A stretch of DNA of 64,000 bases from Zootoca vivipara. Lineage: Eukaryota. The notes under the pieces were generated by a model. That model saw only the letters and a program-made list of their open reading frames with translations, made no database searches and was not told the DNA's origin. Location: contig NC_083276.1 in NCBI RefSeq assembly GCF_963506605.1, forward strand, positions 87,978,001 to 88,042,000. The letters run 5' to 3'. A program made the translations under genes and the position numbers. Positions 12,726-26,243 of this stretch are shown piece by piece (position 1 is the stretch's first letter; each line of letters begins with the position of its first letter).

Positions 12726-13502
12726 TACTATAAAATTGTAAGGCTGCCATCATGCTGCAATTCATGTGGACACCAATAGGCAACCATGTGAACTGCAGTG
12801 TGATAATAGAACAGCAGGTGAGCAACCCAGGTAGGTAGGCAAGGTGGTAAGCAAGTGATGGGGGGGGAGACAGCTGCAGTGAGTGGACACAGCGCCGCTG
12901 CAGTGGGCACAGCCATGCAGTGCCCCCCTGGCGGCCCGGCGGCCTGCGCCACCCGGGCTTGCCTTAGAGTCAGCCCTGGCTGCCAATAGCTCCTTCCTCT
13001 GGGAAGGAAGGAAGGTAGGGTGATATGTGAAAGGATGGGAGTTGGGTTAAGTGTAAGGGGTGGGGCAAGGGGGGTTGAGGGAGGTGTTAGAGGAGTGTAA
13101 CAGGAGGAGATTTGACCAGGTATGGGTTTGGGCAGAGGGTGGTGGGTTGGAGGAGTCTCTGACCAATGCACCAAGTGGTGACAACCCCTTGTAGATAAAT
13201 ATGGACTAGTGAGATATGATATTCTTATTGGAAGAGAAGTTGCCTTTGAAAATGAGCAGAATTTCTTTCTCTCCTCAAAGAATGACCAAACCTATCTCCA
13301 ATGCTTCTGGGTTTAGGGGTAAGGACATTGGTAAGGATTAGGTTTAATTCTCATAAAGCTTGGGTCTTGGTACATCATTTGAGAACTTAAGCTCTTAACA
13401 ATATTTCAGAGTACTCTAGATCTCCTGAATAAAAGCTAGACAAAGGAGAACTGAATGATATTAATCTCTGGGTACAAGACTCCCTGAATTCTTAATGAAG
13501 GG

Positions 13503-14416
13503 TGTTAGAATTGGGAAATAGCCAGACTCATGTGTATTTAAGATATTAGCAAGGGTATATTAGGATGTAGTAAGAGATGTGGTAGACCCACTGAAAAGTT
13601 TCTCTAATTAGCATATGTGGAAGCTCAATAAATCAGGCAGATTTCTTAAATTGTGACCCCTCCTTAATCCTAGAAACTCACATGCATTAGGCACCAATTA
13701 AATCAGGCAAGCTTCTTGCGGGGGTGGTGGGGTGGAGGAGGGACAATTAAGAAGTTCAGACCAACAAAGGGGATAGGTGTGAAAAGTGCAAATTGAATCA
13801 GCTTCCTCCCTCCCACAAGGGATAAAAGCCAAGGGTTGAGACTAGGCACCCCCAAACTCGGCCCTCCAGATGTTTTGGGACTACAACTCCCATCATCCCT
13901 AGCTAACAGGACCAGTGGCCAGGGATGATGGGAATTGTAGTCTCAAAACATCTGGAGGGCCGAGTTTGAGGATGCCTGTTTTAGACCAGTGGGTTGGAGT
14001 TAACAGGGATGTAAGATGGAGTCAAGGCATGAGGCTGCCTGTCCATTTGAGTGCAAGGCTATGGCTATGAAAGAAGCAGGGCCTTTTGGGGTGCCAGTTG
14101 GAAAATGGGTGGGGGCCCTTCTCCAGCTCTGAGATAGGACAAAGCCTGCGTTCGAGGGCAGAGTTTGCTGTTGGGTGAGCTAGAAGCTGGAGAAAAAGCA
14201 GTAAGCAGAGGGTAGAGAGCAATGCTCGATTTCTGTTCAACTCAAAGGCTGTGGCTATGGGAGAAGCAAGACCTTCTTCAGGTGTTAATGGCGTGAACAC
14301 CTCCATCTAGGTTCAGGTTGTATATATGTGTAAATAACCCATATATCTGAAAGGAAACACAGAGCCTGGGGTCTGGAGCTTCACACCACTCATGGAGATT
14401 GATGTGGCATGTAACA
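13503..14416 (+). mobile_element. Putative solo LTR (boundaries approximate), interrupted by a hAT MITE
   Basis: TGTTA…TAACA ends. The 3' part (ctccatc…tcaggttgtatatat…gtaaataa…gaaacac…cctggg) is shared with 32010-32185. No TSD found. Confidence 0.45.
13843..13978. mobile_element. hAT (Charlie-like) palindromic MITE
   Basis: taggcacccccaaactcggccctccagatg…catctggagggccgagtttgaggatgcctg; same family as 34577, 45064 and 51347. Confidence 0.85.
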
Positions 14417-17400
14417 TTACAAATACAGGTGGTATTCAAGTCTTTTGGTTCTGCAAGATCCCAGGGAGTAGCCAAGTATATTATTATGTGTACAGCCTTT
14501 GCAAGGTTAGTATGACTGCATTGCTAAAGGGAAGGAAAAACAGTCTTTGGGAGAACACTATATTGGAAGATTAATTAAGTGCTACAAGGAAGGTTATGCT
14601 ATTCAGATCAAGACAGTCTCTAAAGGGAATGGGTTGGCAATATGCACCAATATTTTTTCTCTTTCCCCCTTTTAAAAAGCAATCTCCTATATCATGGACA
14701 GAATGTTGTGCTTTATTAATATTAAAGGATCCTGCTGAGTTTCAAAGACAGTGCTAAAGAAATTCAACCTTGGGAAGATGTGATTGAAGTACCAATATAG
14801 TACAGGTCATTTGATCAAGCAAAAATGCATTCCTACCCCTCTACCCTACGTTCCAGGGGTTTAAAACCACACTGAGTATCATGATCTTAAGCTCTGAGGT
14901 GTGGTGAATGTTTGGACCCAGTGGGGGAAGCCACAAGGTTAGTGAATGGTAATTTGCTGAAGTTCAGGTGGTAGGTTTGTTTGTTTTTAGGACAAATAAT
15001 AGCTAAGAGTGAGATATTTATTTAATATTCCTTTGTGATTTAAGGGAGGGGGGGGAAAATGAGGAGATTAGGATTCTGTGTGCGCACGATGTTGCAGGGA
15101 ACATGGATTCCAAGAATCGTCAGCTGTTTAGTGGAATCAGCTCCACTGGAAGGAATGGAAGGAAACTCTGAGGAAGGTAATAACATAGTAGTAGAGCTCA
15201 GGATCTTCTCAAGTTGTTTGAGGGGGCCTGATGCAATGTCCTGATGTCGCAAGCATAATGTTGGGAGGAGCCAAGGAGTGGAGCTGAATGCCCTCTGACC
15301 ATTGAGAGGTCCTGGCCCCCTAAGAAAAAAACATTGGGGGTGGGGAACTGCCTTGGCCCCTAGGAGCTAGCACATATGGTAGAGCAAATGCTTTGCATGC
15401 AGAAAATTTACCCTCTAAGATGGCTTCCTATAAAGGGTGCTTAAGGTACTCTGTTCCATCGGTCCAGTGTCCCATGTGCTCCATATATGCCCTTACCAGG
15501 AGGGAGATGATTGCTGCTCACATGAGCCTGATTTCTCTAGTGAAACACTACAAATTTCATGGCCAGAACATATTTCTGCGTTATTTATATCAAAGGATGA
15601 ACTGAAATTGCTCACTGTTTCCCCCAAACATTTTTAAGTAGGGCAAAACAAACTAAAAAAGTCTCCCCTTTCCAATCATTTCCCAGCATTTAAACTCTCT
15701 GTTGCCCTTAAGTATTTGCACTCTGTGACTTTATAGCTTATAGCCAAACACATTGGCTACATAGCATTGTGACATCGTCCCATTTCACTGTATGAATCCT
15801 GATTTGGTGGTATGGATCATTCATGTGATTAATCTTGGAAAGTGTTAGAGTAGACAGCTGGGAAAATAAATGATGATGAAGGAACAGTTGCCGGGGAAGC
15901 AATTGCACAGAATAGGACTTTGAAAAGGACAATATTTGTATAGACTAAGCATTCTGAAGAATCAGCTGTTCGTTTTGACCCAGAAGTTGAAAGTGGGAGA
16001 TATTCAAACCTCTACATAAATAAGAAAGATGAAACAGATAACCCAGTGGTGACATCACTCCAGAGCTCATGTCAAGTATGGAAAAGGGATCAGACGCTGA
16101 GGTCATTTATGGAGCATGCGGCTCTGATCAATCTTGGGGCGTAGCTGATTTACAATCAATAGACAGAGTTTTACACTTGAGGCTACATTTAACTACATTA
16201 AAACACTTGAACCATTGTAGATGCATATACATTTTTTCCTGTGCCTCCAAAAAGTTAGGAAATTAAGGGTATCTGCAGTATGCAGTTGTCACTGGTTGCA
16301 ATTGTTTTCCTCATTGGACTACACTCAGGTTTCCCCAGAGTCTGCTTCTTTCTTTATCCTGAATCACTCCCAACTTCCACCCACTCCAGGTACTAGCCAG
16401 GCTCAAGCCCACCATTGGGGTACTATCTGCATGTTGCAATTTAATTCCAATTTGCTGTTATTCAGAGGTTGCATTCTAGATCGGTTCCCTCCGGTTTCCC
16501 ATCTCTCCATGAGCCATCAGCCCAGCCAATTTAAACTTACCACAATGAAAAATGTATGTTTATACCACTTCATAGCATTACAAATATCCAGAAAATGGCA
16601 CAGTATTATCTCAGACAATTGCATTATCAGTGATCAGGTCAATTTCCAAAGCTCACTTGTGGCTTTGTTTCAGTCACAGATATGCTAAATTCTCTCACAG
16701 TATCTATCCAAATCGACCATTCTGGATTCATTATTTCATAGTCCAGAGATAGTAACTGGTCATTCAGAACACTGTGCATGAACTCAGGGAAGAAGAATTC
16801 AAACATATGAAATATAAGCTATTCTTGTTTTGAACAATTATCCAAAAAGAAATTGACTTACATTCTATTGCATGGCCCAGTGGTCTGCAAAATTTGCTTT
16901 ATAGATGTACAGGCCTATTACTGCAAAGAAGTGGCTTTGGGAAAGCTAGGCCCAATTTGTTTTTGTCACGTCTTTAACAAATGATATTAATACACTACTG
17001 AACCAATCATAAATTTGCTCTGTTTATTTCTGCTAGTGTACAATAACTATTTCCCCAATGGGTAGAGTATTGCTACCAATAACACAACATTGGAAACTGC
17101 AAAGATTTCCAGTTATAATCAGAACTACAAAGGGTCCTAATAATACATTGTTGTCCAGCACCCCAATCTCTGAGAGGTGTGAGACTCCAGGGGTTCCACT
17201 GCTTACCCCGTATTCGTGTTTCCTTCAGAATGAGGCATAGTGGAAACTGTGGTGTCTTATGAGACCAACAGTGGAGGTTCTTCAGAGTTCCCCCATTCTT
17301 TCATGCTTGACTCTAACCGATTGGGTGCTTTTTTTTCTGTGAGTTGAATCTTTTGCAGATGATGTGAGTGGCGTGCATCTATTATCTGTGAGGCAACCTT

Positions 17401-18260
17401 GAGGCCCAATGCAAAATCAAAAATTGCCCAACAGGCAGATGATATCAATAATAGTTTTTCACCCTTAAGTGACTTATGAAGCGATGAAATAGTAATAGGA
17501 CTGGGCAGTTTATATCTTATGCCAACACACTACAATAAAGCACCAACCATCTAGATTCATTTTAAAAACAGTGGGGGCAAATGTCTGGCACCATTGGAGT
17601 TAATTTGTCTCCCACCAGCTTTTATTGAGACATCAAATCTCTCTTATTAAATGGCAACTAATTAGCGGGGAAGCAACAAACAACAGCGAAGACAAAGATG
17701 AAACCCATTTCACTCCTCCTCCCCCCCAATAATTTTCCATTAGGAACATAAAAATATCATGGCGTACATAATTAGCTGTTTGCATTGCATTTTGAAACTT
17801 TTCATTAGTTCATTTGCCTAAGCAAATCCGCAATCAAAAACACATTAGCTAATGCCACAGCCCTCCAGGAAAATGAGTGAAAAAAATAAGATGCTGGGTC
17901 AATGCCAAAATAATTGGAAGAATTTTGTGGCAGTGATCTGTGTTTTTTTCCTCCTGGACCTGGAAGCTTCTGGAAACAGTGTGGATTGTGGGTGGCAAGG
18001 CTGGCTGTGGGGAATGCTATGAAAGAGAGAATTCAATGGAAACCAAGATCCCAGGCTGGGGGCAAGTACTCCTTGGTCAAATAACCCCAGCAGAAATTTA
18101 AAATCACAAAACATGCAGTGAAGTAAAAGCATGGAAATATAAGCTGTTAGGCCTTTAAAATGTGCCCTAAGTTCCTCCCAAAGTTCCCCTCTTCCCTTAG
18201 CATGGAAAAAGTAAGTTTGGTAAGTTATTAGTTTGTTTTTGTTTTTATTTTGATTATATA

Positions 18261-18604
18261 AAAGGTAAAGGTAAAGGGACCCCTGACCATTAGGTCCAGT
18301 CGTGACCGACTCTGGGGTTGCGGCACTCATCTCGCGTTATTGGCCGAGGGAGCCGGCGTACAGCTTCCAGGTCATGTGGCCAGCATGACAAAGCCGCTTC
18401 TGGTGAACCAGAGCAGCACATGGAAACGCTGTTTACCTTCCCACTGTAGCAGTACCTATTTATCTACTTGCACTTTGAGGTGCTTTCGAACTGCTAGGTG
18501 GGCAGGAGCTGGGACCAAGCAACGGGAGCTCACCCCGTCACGGGGATTCGAACCGCCGACCTTCTGATTGGCAAGCCCTAGGCTCTGTGGTTTAACCCAC
18601 AGCA
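18261..18604 (-). mobile_element. Sauria SINE
   Basis: Reverse complement closely matches 12048-12404; (aaaggt)n tail at the left end, slightly 5'-truncated. Confidence 0.92.
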
Positions 18605-21600
18605 TTTGTGTTTTTATATTGTGATTTAGAATAGCCCTGGGACCTCTTGGTGTAGGGCGGTATACAATTTTTTAAAATTTTATACAGCAACAACAATTAT
18701 ACTGCAAGAGACTGCAACTATTTAACAACTCTTTCCCTCTTTTCCCAGTAATGCTTTCTCGTTTTACACAATGCATACTGTGCTGCCACTTGCAGTGTGT
18801 GTTTTCCTGTCCTGACAGCTAGTTTTCTGAGGGGAAGCAGACATTGCAGCAGTCTGATACTGCCTGCTGTAAAAAACTAGACATTACTGGAAAGGGAAAG
18901 GAAAAGACTAAGACTGTGTACACATTACTGGCTTAAAACACAGTGAAGCCATTCTTTTTCTCAATTCAGATCAAACTGGTTTGAGGAAAAAGAGATTTTA
19001 AAAGGCAGCATTTCATAAGAAACAACAGGTTAGGTAGATATGACTAACATCTTTTATACCCTGCTCCCCATACCAGTAGTGGGAGTGAACTTGATGCCAT
19101 GTAAATGGGAGTATGTAAACAGTCTTAAAGCAATGTCCAGGGGTCCTAAATTCAAACCTGCAAAGGTCAATGAATGCACATTGGGGGAGTGGGATTGTGC
19201 CAGCTAGATATTTAATATTGGCACACAACCTTCTGGGCACCCGCAAAACACCTGCATATTCAGTTGAAAAGGTCCCCCTATTTGTATATGCAGAGAGATT
19301 TCCATGTGATGGAGATTCTTGGGGTGGAGGATCACAAAATCTATGGAAACAACTCAGAAAGTATAGTTCGTATGCACATAGAGGTCTTTTCAGGCACTGC
19401 CGAGATCGGGAATTTAGCAAGAGGGGAGTGCCGATATCAAGCCATGGCATGCCAGCATATTCCCACTCCTTCTTGTGTTCAGTCAATGTGTGAGGTGTGA
19501 AGAATTACAAATTATAGAATTCTTATTTCTTTATTTGAACCTGTTTAGGAATAGCACCCCGTAAAACATCTTGAAGCAAATTCACAGTAAAAATGTCAAC
19601 AATAAAAAGGAATTAAAACCAATTCCATACGTGGAAAAAAATAAAAAATATGATGGAACCAAGTAATTTGGAGAGTGTAGCAGCTATGAAACAAAAGCGT
19701 GAAAAAATGGATATTTTACCTGAATAATTTATTAATGATTTGCTCTGTCACACAAGCAGATGGTCTCCAATGTGTGCAAATCAGCCGATAGCTAAAGCTA
19801 CATCCAATGTACTTTGTGCTAACATATGTCTCCCAACTTAAAATAAAGCATTGGTTGGGCATCTTCTCCAGCCTTCTGTCTCTACAAAGAAAGTGAGGAT
19901 ACCCATACCTGATATAACTCCAGGGGAAGACTTTTCATTGCATCCTGGCCTTGCTAGAGGGTGAGTGTGGGAATCTAAATATGGCTTCAGGTAAAATCAG
20001 AGTGTTGTTTGCTTTGATGTTTGGCAATAGTGTTTGTGCTCAGAACTAGTTGGGTGTTTTTGCTCAAATACATTGTTGCTGGAAGGCAATCTTCTGAAAC
20101 TATTTCCCCAAAGATGATGGTTGGCAATATTCTTATTTTTCTTCTTCTAAGTATGGGTTATAGAATATAGTATAGAAGTCTGCACTATCAGGAAAGCACA
20201 CATATGCTTACAGTTGTCCTAGAAGTTAATATGATGGCTGAATCTGAATTTTTTGGACTGATTTGCAACTCTAGCGATAAGAAATCTGGATGCAGACCTG
20301 GGAACACTTAATTGAAGGTTCTCTTCTTCTGTGGAATTTTTATTTTCTTAGAGCAAGGGACTGTCTCTGAGCATCACTTTTGCATCTGTAAAATAGGAAT
20401 AATACTAAATCTCATTTAATTCTGAATACTAACCTGGTACAAATGATAGCGTCTTTGCAGTCTAAAGGTATTATACAATTAATAAGAAGCAAAGCTGTGT
20501 TATCTGCATGTCACACCAGAAATAGTGAATGTTTGTTGTTTTAACAACTCAATATTCAGGAGCATTCTCAGCCAGCATTCATAAAACAACAACAACAACC
20601 TTGTCTGTTTCCAAGAGTTCTGTTTCATCAGTGTTGGCATATGTGCACTGATGCTGCTTGCTATGTATCATGAAGGGAAAGCAAGCCAGGGGGGCCAATA
20701 CTCTACAATGTCTCAAGTATGGGCCTTAGAGTATTCTCCCAGTCACCGGAAACAGCACTACGGTAGCTATGGATGACAGCTGCTTGGAAAGGCAAACAGC
20801 CTTTCCTTCCAAAACAAACACATTCAAGTGCAAGAGAGAGTTTTAGCTCTAGATAGTAGATAGCATGAAAAAGTTACAAGAAGCAATTGAGGAAATTGAT
20901 CTGAATAATGGAGATACTTGCCAAATGAAAAGTCACTTGGTCACCTAGTTTGATCAAATAGTTCAAAGTAGATTTCCACTGACAGTGAGAGATTGGCTTT
21001 ATCCATGTTAGTCTTGCACACCCCAGCTTGTGAGCAAACGGTTTTGCTTCATTTTGACCCACGGTGGTAAATTGGACTACCTTGAAGAAAAAATGGATGT
21101 GGAGTCCACACACGTTTTCCAGGAACCGCCCCCCCCCCGAAGTATCCCTATTTTCCAGGGACAGTACCAGGTTTACAGAAGCCATCCCGGTTTCTGATCT
21201 GATCCTGGAATGCTCTGCTTTTCCTTAAGACATCCTTATTTTCATCAGAGAAATGTTGGAGGGTATGTGTTTTCTTAGAACCCCCATTTCCAAATATCAA
21301 AATTAAGCACGTCAACAAACCATAGTTGAGTTTTAAATGTTATGTTTAGGTTGAGAGAGCTTTTAGCAAGCCTTTGTTTCAGTAAACAGGATTAAGATTT
21401 TCTGAAGCAAATAATGATTTCATGACAAAGTTAATCACAAGTCTGTCATGTCTAAAGTTCACAGTGGAAGGAAACAAACAACATTAGGCAGCCTCTTTTC
21501 TCCAGAGTCCCTTAAGTGCTGCTCTTAGAGACGTGCTGCAGAAGTCTTTCTACGTCTACTCAGAAGTATGCCCTATTGAATTCAGCGAGGCTTACTTCCA

Positions 21601-21766
21601 GGTAAGCAGGGTTAGGATTGCAGCCTTAATGCTCCACCTTCCAAGAGACTTTTGTATCCCTCCAGGAGTCTCTCTTCTTTTTCTTGACCCTCTACCTCAC
21701 ACATGAGAACTGTCTGAGATTAATAATATAGACTGACACTCAGCTTTTGTTGCTTGAAAGAATATA

Positions 21767-22043
21767 CAGTGGAACCTCGGTTTACACCTACCTCTGTTTA
21801 TGAACACCTCCGTTTACGAACGCCGCGGACCCGGAAGTGTTTACATCTGGGTTCCACGGCATCGGATGCACAGATCACTTCTGCGCAGATTGCACGTGCG
21901 CAGAAGCGATCTGCACAGCGTGTGCACAGAAGCACTCTATCGGTGCTTCGCGCGCGCGCAGAAGCATGCCTTCGGGGAGCGAATGCCTCCATTTACGAAT
22001 GCCTCCGTGGAACGGATTGCGTTCGTAATCCAAGGTTCCACTG
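21767..22043. mobile_element. Tc1/mariner (Tigger-like) MITE
   Basis: TA|cagtggaacct…aggttccactg|TA; GC-rich internal repeats. Confidence 0.88.
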
Positions 22044-22067
22044 TATACAGAAACAGTTTCTGTATAT

Positions 22068-22205
22068 CAGGGACAGGGAGCCTTTGGCTCTCTGAAGGTT
22101 GCTGAACTACAGCGCCTTTGAGCCCTAGCAAGTATGGCCAATGTCCAGGAATGATGGGAATCTTGGTTCAGCAACATCTGAAGGGCTAAAGGTTCTCCAC
22201 TCCTG
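22068..22205. mobile_element. Degenerate hAT palindromic MITE
   Basis: cagggacagggagcctttgg…aaaggttctccactcctg with imperfect arms. Confidence 0.55.
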
Positions 22206-23029
22206 TTTATACAGTGCCTTGCTGGGTCAGAAGTCTAACATCTTGTTTTCCAACTAAAGACCTATGGGGAGCCTACAAACTGGACACAATAGCACATTTG
22301 CTTTGTTGTGCTCCAGCCACTGGTATCTCGGAGACATGCTGCTTCTAATCCTGGATGGAGGAGGACTAGCAGTCATGAATAGCCATATTCTCCATCCTCT
22401 TTTCAAGTTGTCCAGTTTGTTGGCCATCACCACATCTTGAGGTAACCAAATCCATAGCTTAACAATCAGCTGTTTGAAGGAACTTTATATTTCTAAAGAA
22501 GGTGGTGCCCCAAAATAGTAACATAAAGTAAGAATCCCCCCCAGTTTCCTTTCACCTGAATATTTCTCCTGTTTTACAAAATAAGCTAAGGCTTATTTCA
22601 CCTTCCTTGTAACCAAATAGTCTTTCTTTTCCAATCTCCATTCTTACACAATTTAAACTAAAACCTGTGGTATATCATACCAAACATATGCAAATGGGTG
22701 TGTGTTTGTGAGAGGAATCAAGCCATTATTATTATTATTCTCACTTTAAATTTTATGTACTTGTTATTTTGGAACAAACATCTTGACAACATCCATATGA
22801 CAGGAGAGGGACGAAATTGCACTGTGCTATTCTGATTAACCAGCGAGTAAGGATGGTAGTAAATGTAATTTTGAAAGGCATATCACATTTGGTTTCTTTT
22901 AAAATGGTTTCCTCTGCTAAAAATATAATTTGCTTTTATCCCTCAGCACCAGACAGACTGTTTCTCAAGGATGAATGACCTTTATTTCTCTTATATTCCT
23001 TATATTCCTGAATGAACTATTCCAATTAA

Positions 23030-23569
23030 TTTTTTTTTTTTAAAGTAAATTTTTATTCAGTTTCCAATTTATCCAATTAAAATAATAATAATAAAAAAAC
23101 ATTCTTTTATACACAACATTATAAATTTTCATCTAACATTTTGCTCTGCCGAGCTACGACTTCCCCCCCTCCCTTCATGCGGGTTTCTTGTTTACTACAT
23201 TTTTGCAGTTCCTTTTTAACTGTTTGGTCAATTCGTAGGATTTATTTCAATCCTGCAAGTGTTTTTAAAGATCTACAATTTTTCTCCATATAATCCACAT
23301 ATTTACTCCAGTCTTTTTGAAACCTTGTCTCTCCCTGGTCGCGGATCTTGCAAGTCATCCTTGCGAGTTCAGCATAGTCCATCATTTTAATCTGCCACTC
23401 CTCAATCGTTGGAATTTCTTGTAATTTCCATTTTTGGGCTAACAAAGTCCTAGCCGCGGTTGTCGCATACATAAACAATACTTGATCTTCTTTTCTAATC
23501 TCTCCTCCCATTATTCCTAGTAAAAATGCTTCAGGTTTTTTTGGGAAAGTATATCTAAACATCTTTTTC
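23030..23569 (-). mobile_element. L1/Tx1-clade LINE 3' fragment (ORF2 C-terminus, 3'UTR, poly A)
   Basis: ORF KKPEAFLLG…AARTLLAQKWK…EEWQIKM…W..Y; poly(T) at 23030-23041; 18-bp TSD atgaactatt(c/a)caattaa (23012-23029, 23570-23587). Confidence 0.88.
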
Positions 23570-23839
23570 ATGAACTATTACAATTAAGTGGCCAGGGTCT
23601 TCATCTATGCAAAGGAAGTCCAGGGGCCACTGAGCTGTAACAGTTCCTCTAGGGATTCTATCTTTAGCAACTTGCTAACTCAACCAAAAGGACTTGGGAA
23701 TCTCCCCCGGGCTTGAAGTCAGTGATAGTAGACAACAGTAGGGAGCAATGGTGGAGAAATTTGCTTCGATTCTGGTTTCAATGTAAATCAACCTTATTTG
23801 CACTTTTCCAAAACAAATATGCAGACTGAAACACATTTG

Positions 23840-25080
23840 GCTGACATCCATCTGTCTTGGGATACAATGGAAGAGAGCACCTTTGTGGGTGAAGTCAAAC
23901 TGTTGGAGAGTTACAGCGCCTGCTGTGGCTGTAGAGACCAGTATGGGACATAGCTGCCAAGTTTTCCCTTTTCTCGCGAGGAAGCCTATTCAGCATAAGG
24001 GAAAATCCCTTTAAAAAAGGGATAACTTGGCAGCTATGGTATGGGAGAGACACGTTTTGTTGCAGCTGAAACAGATGAAGGTGTCTGGTTGTGCTGCTAC
24101 AGGTACATCATGGCATTGCTTCTTTCTGTGCTCCTCCCAGCATTCATTCATTCTCTTTTCACTGCTGTGTACATGACCCAACAGATTGTCTTCATCTGCA
24201 AGGGATTCCTACATGGTGAGGTTAATGTTGATAACCTTCATGTCATGTTTGCAGACATCTTTGTAACAGAGAGTTGGTCTGCCAATGGGCCTGGCACCTG
24301 AAGCCAACTCCTCATAAAGCACACCCTTTGGGATCCTGTTATCTTCAATTATGTGGACATGAGCAAGGCTGCATAGACGTTGCTGAGACAGGAGCATGAA
24401 TATGCTGGGAATGTGGACTTGGGAGAGCACCTCTTTGTTTGAGACTCTGTCCTGTCATGAGATATCCATAATCTTTCAGATGCAGCACACGTGGAAGGTG
24501 TTGAGGGTGTAGTGGGTGTAAGTTGCCCATGTCTCACTTCCATAAAGCAGGGTGTTCAACATGCAAGCCTGGAGACCTTCATCTTGGTAGTGGTCATTAG
24601 CATCAGATTCTCCCATAACCTTTTGGAGTGGCAAGCCATTTCCTGAATCGATGGAGAAGTTGCTGGTTATGGTGGAACCCGGGTAGACAAAACCATTTAC
24701 CATCTCAAGCATATGGTCACCGATGCTGATGTGTGGAGTGTTGGTGACATCCTGACTCAGTAGGAGACTCTGTAGAGCTTCCTAGGAGTGTGCTGTCAAT
24801 AAGTTCCTGCCATACTTTTGTCTTGGTGCAGGGATGTGCTAGGTTGAACAATTCTTGAATGGATGTACACTGTATCCAGATGAGCTGAAGGCATATGAGA
24901 GCACCAGGGAGAAGAATATGCTAAGGAGAGTTGGAGCAAGAACACAGCCCTGTTTCACACCGCTCTTTATATGGAAGGTGTCTGAGGATGAGATGGCATA
25001 CTGGTTCTCATGGAAAAACATGATCATCTTGCAGATTTTAGGTGGGCATCCATCTTATTGAGTCCCTCTCTGCTAACAGC
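23840..25080 (-). mobile_element. Degenerate RTE-clade LINE (RT and C-terminus, frameshifted)
   Basis: Peptides GVKQGCVLAPTLLSIFF, FVYPGSTIT, TLLYGSETW, RIPKGVLYEELASGARPIGRP..CYKDVCK lie in successive frames. Confidence 0.85.
23949..24038. mobile_element. 90-bp hAT MITE nested in RTE LINE
   Basis: TIR CATAGCTGCCAAGTT; perfect 8-bp TSD gtatggga. Confidence 0.9.
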
Positions 25081-26171
25081 CATCCTTGGAAATGTGCTCT
25101 TTTCTGAATTCTGTGATGTGGTGCCACCAAGTCTCTATGCCATTTTTGCTTTCTGTGTGGATCTGCAGCAGGGAAGATATGAAACCACCCACCGTATCTG
25201 AAGTCCTGACAAATAGCTTGCATTGCGTTCTTTAATACTGGCAGTAGCAAGTAAGCTAGAAAGAAGAGCCTAAACTTTTAATGTGATTATTGTGTGTGAG
25301 AGAGAAACTGCAATATGAGCAAAGGGTTGTTTACATTTTCATGCAACCTGATCTACAAAAGCAGCTTGGCTCCCCCTCCCATCGCCTCCGCTTTGAGACA
25401 TGGTGTGCATTTGATTCAGTGTTTCTTCAAGACCAGCAAATCTCCTGGGTGGAAAACTCTGGTACATATTTAAAGCACAGATGGCAGCTTTACAAGATGC
25501 AGTTTTGCGCGTAAAAATATTGAGGAGACAATCAAAACATCCCACAAACTCAAACATACTGAACAAAATCAAATGGAAATCAAAGCAAGAACTTCCCTAG
25601 GCCATGTAGGATATTAATGAGCAGCGTAGATCAAAGCGACACAGTGCATGTTCCCTGCTTGATTGAATCTACATACTATACTTATGTATGTCGTTCATCA
25701 CAACTAATGGGATTACTCGGCAGAAAGACTGGCAGGAGCCCAGCTTCTCTCTGCATTAAAGAGGGGGAAGTGACACTGCTGCAGGCAAGGCAGCTCAGAA
25801 GCAATTCCCTCTCTGTATATTCCTACAGTGCATCTGCTAAGACAAGCTTGGTTGACCATGCTGACATGTTAACTTGGAAAAGGAAAAGAAGAAGAAGAAG
25901 TCTGTTGTTAAGTTGGACTCCTTTTGGGGGGATGTTTCAAATTAATATTGAAGATACCCGTTAAATATTTGTGAGAGTGTGTGTGTCAACACAAAGTTAT
26001 AAACTATTAGAAAACATAGTGATTATGAAAGCAGTGCTGACAACAGGTGAGAGCCCACCAAGTTTTCATCAAAACTGGCACAATCCTCCTTCTTAGAGAC
26101 TTGGAGATGCCTTGGGGTGCGATTTTGTCTCATTTAAATAAATGAAACATACTTTTGGGTAGGAAAATAGA

Positions 26172-26243
26172 GGAAGAAGAAGAAGAAGAAGAAGAAGAAG
26201 AAGAAGAAGAAGAAGAAGAAGAAGAAGAAGAAGAAGAAGAAGA
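26172..26243. repeat. (GAA)n microsatellite
   Basis: Direct reading. Confidence 0.97.

Noticed and set aside
16221-16688. 155-aa ORF (likewise 12728-13174, 17899-18330, 29314-29703, 39130-39540, 44281-44727)
   Set aside because: No recognisable domain or splice context; these are low-complexity, TE-overlapping or merely antisense to the GYPC exon.
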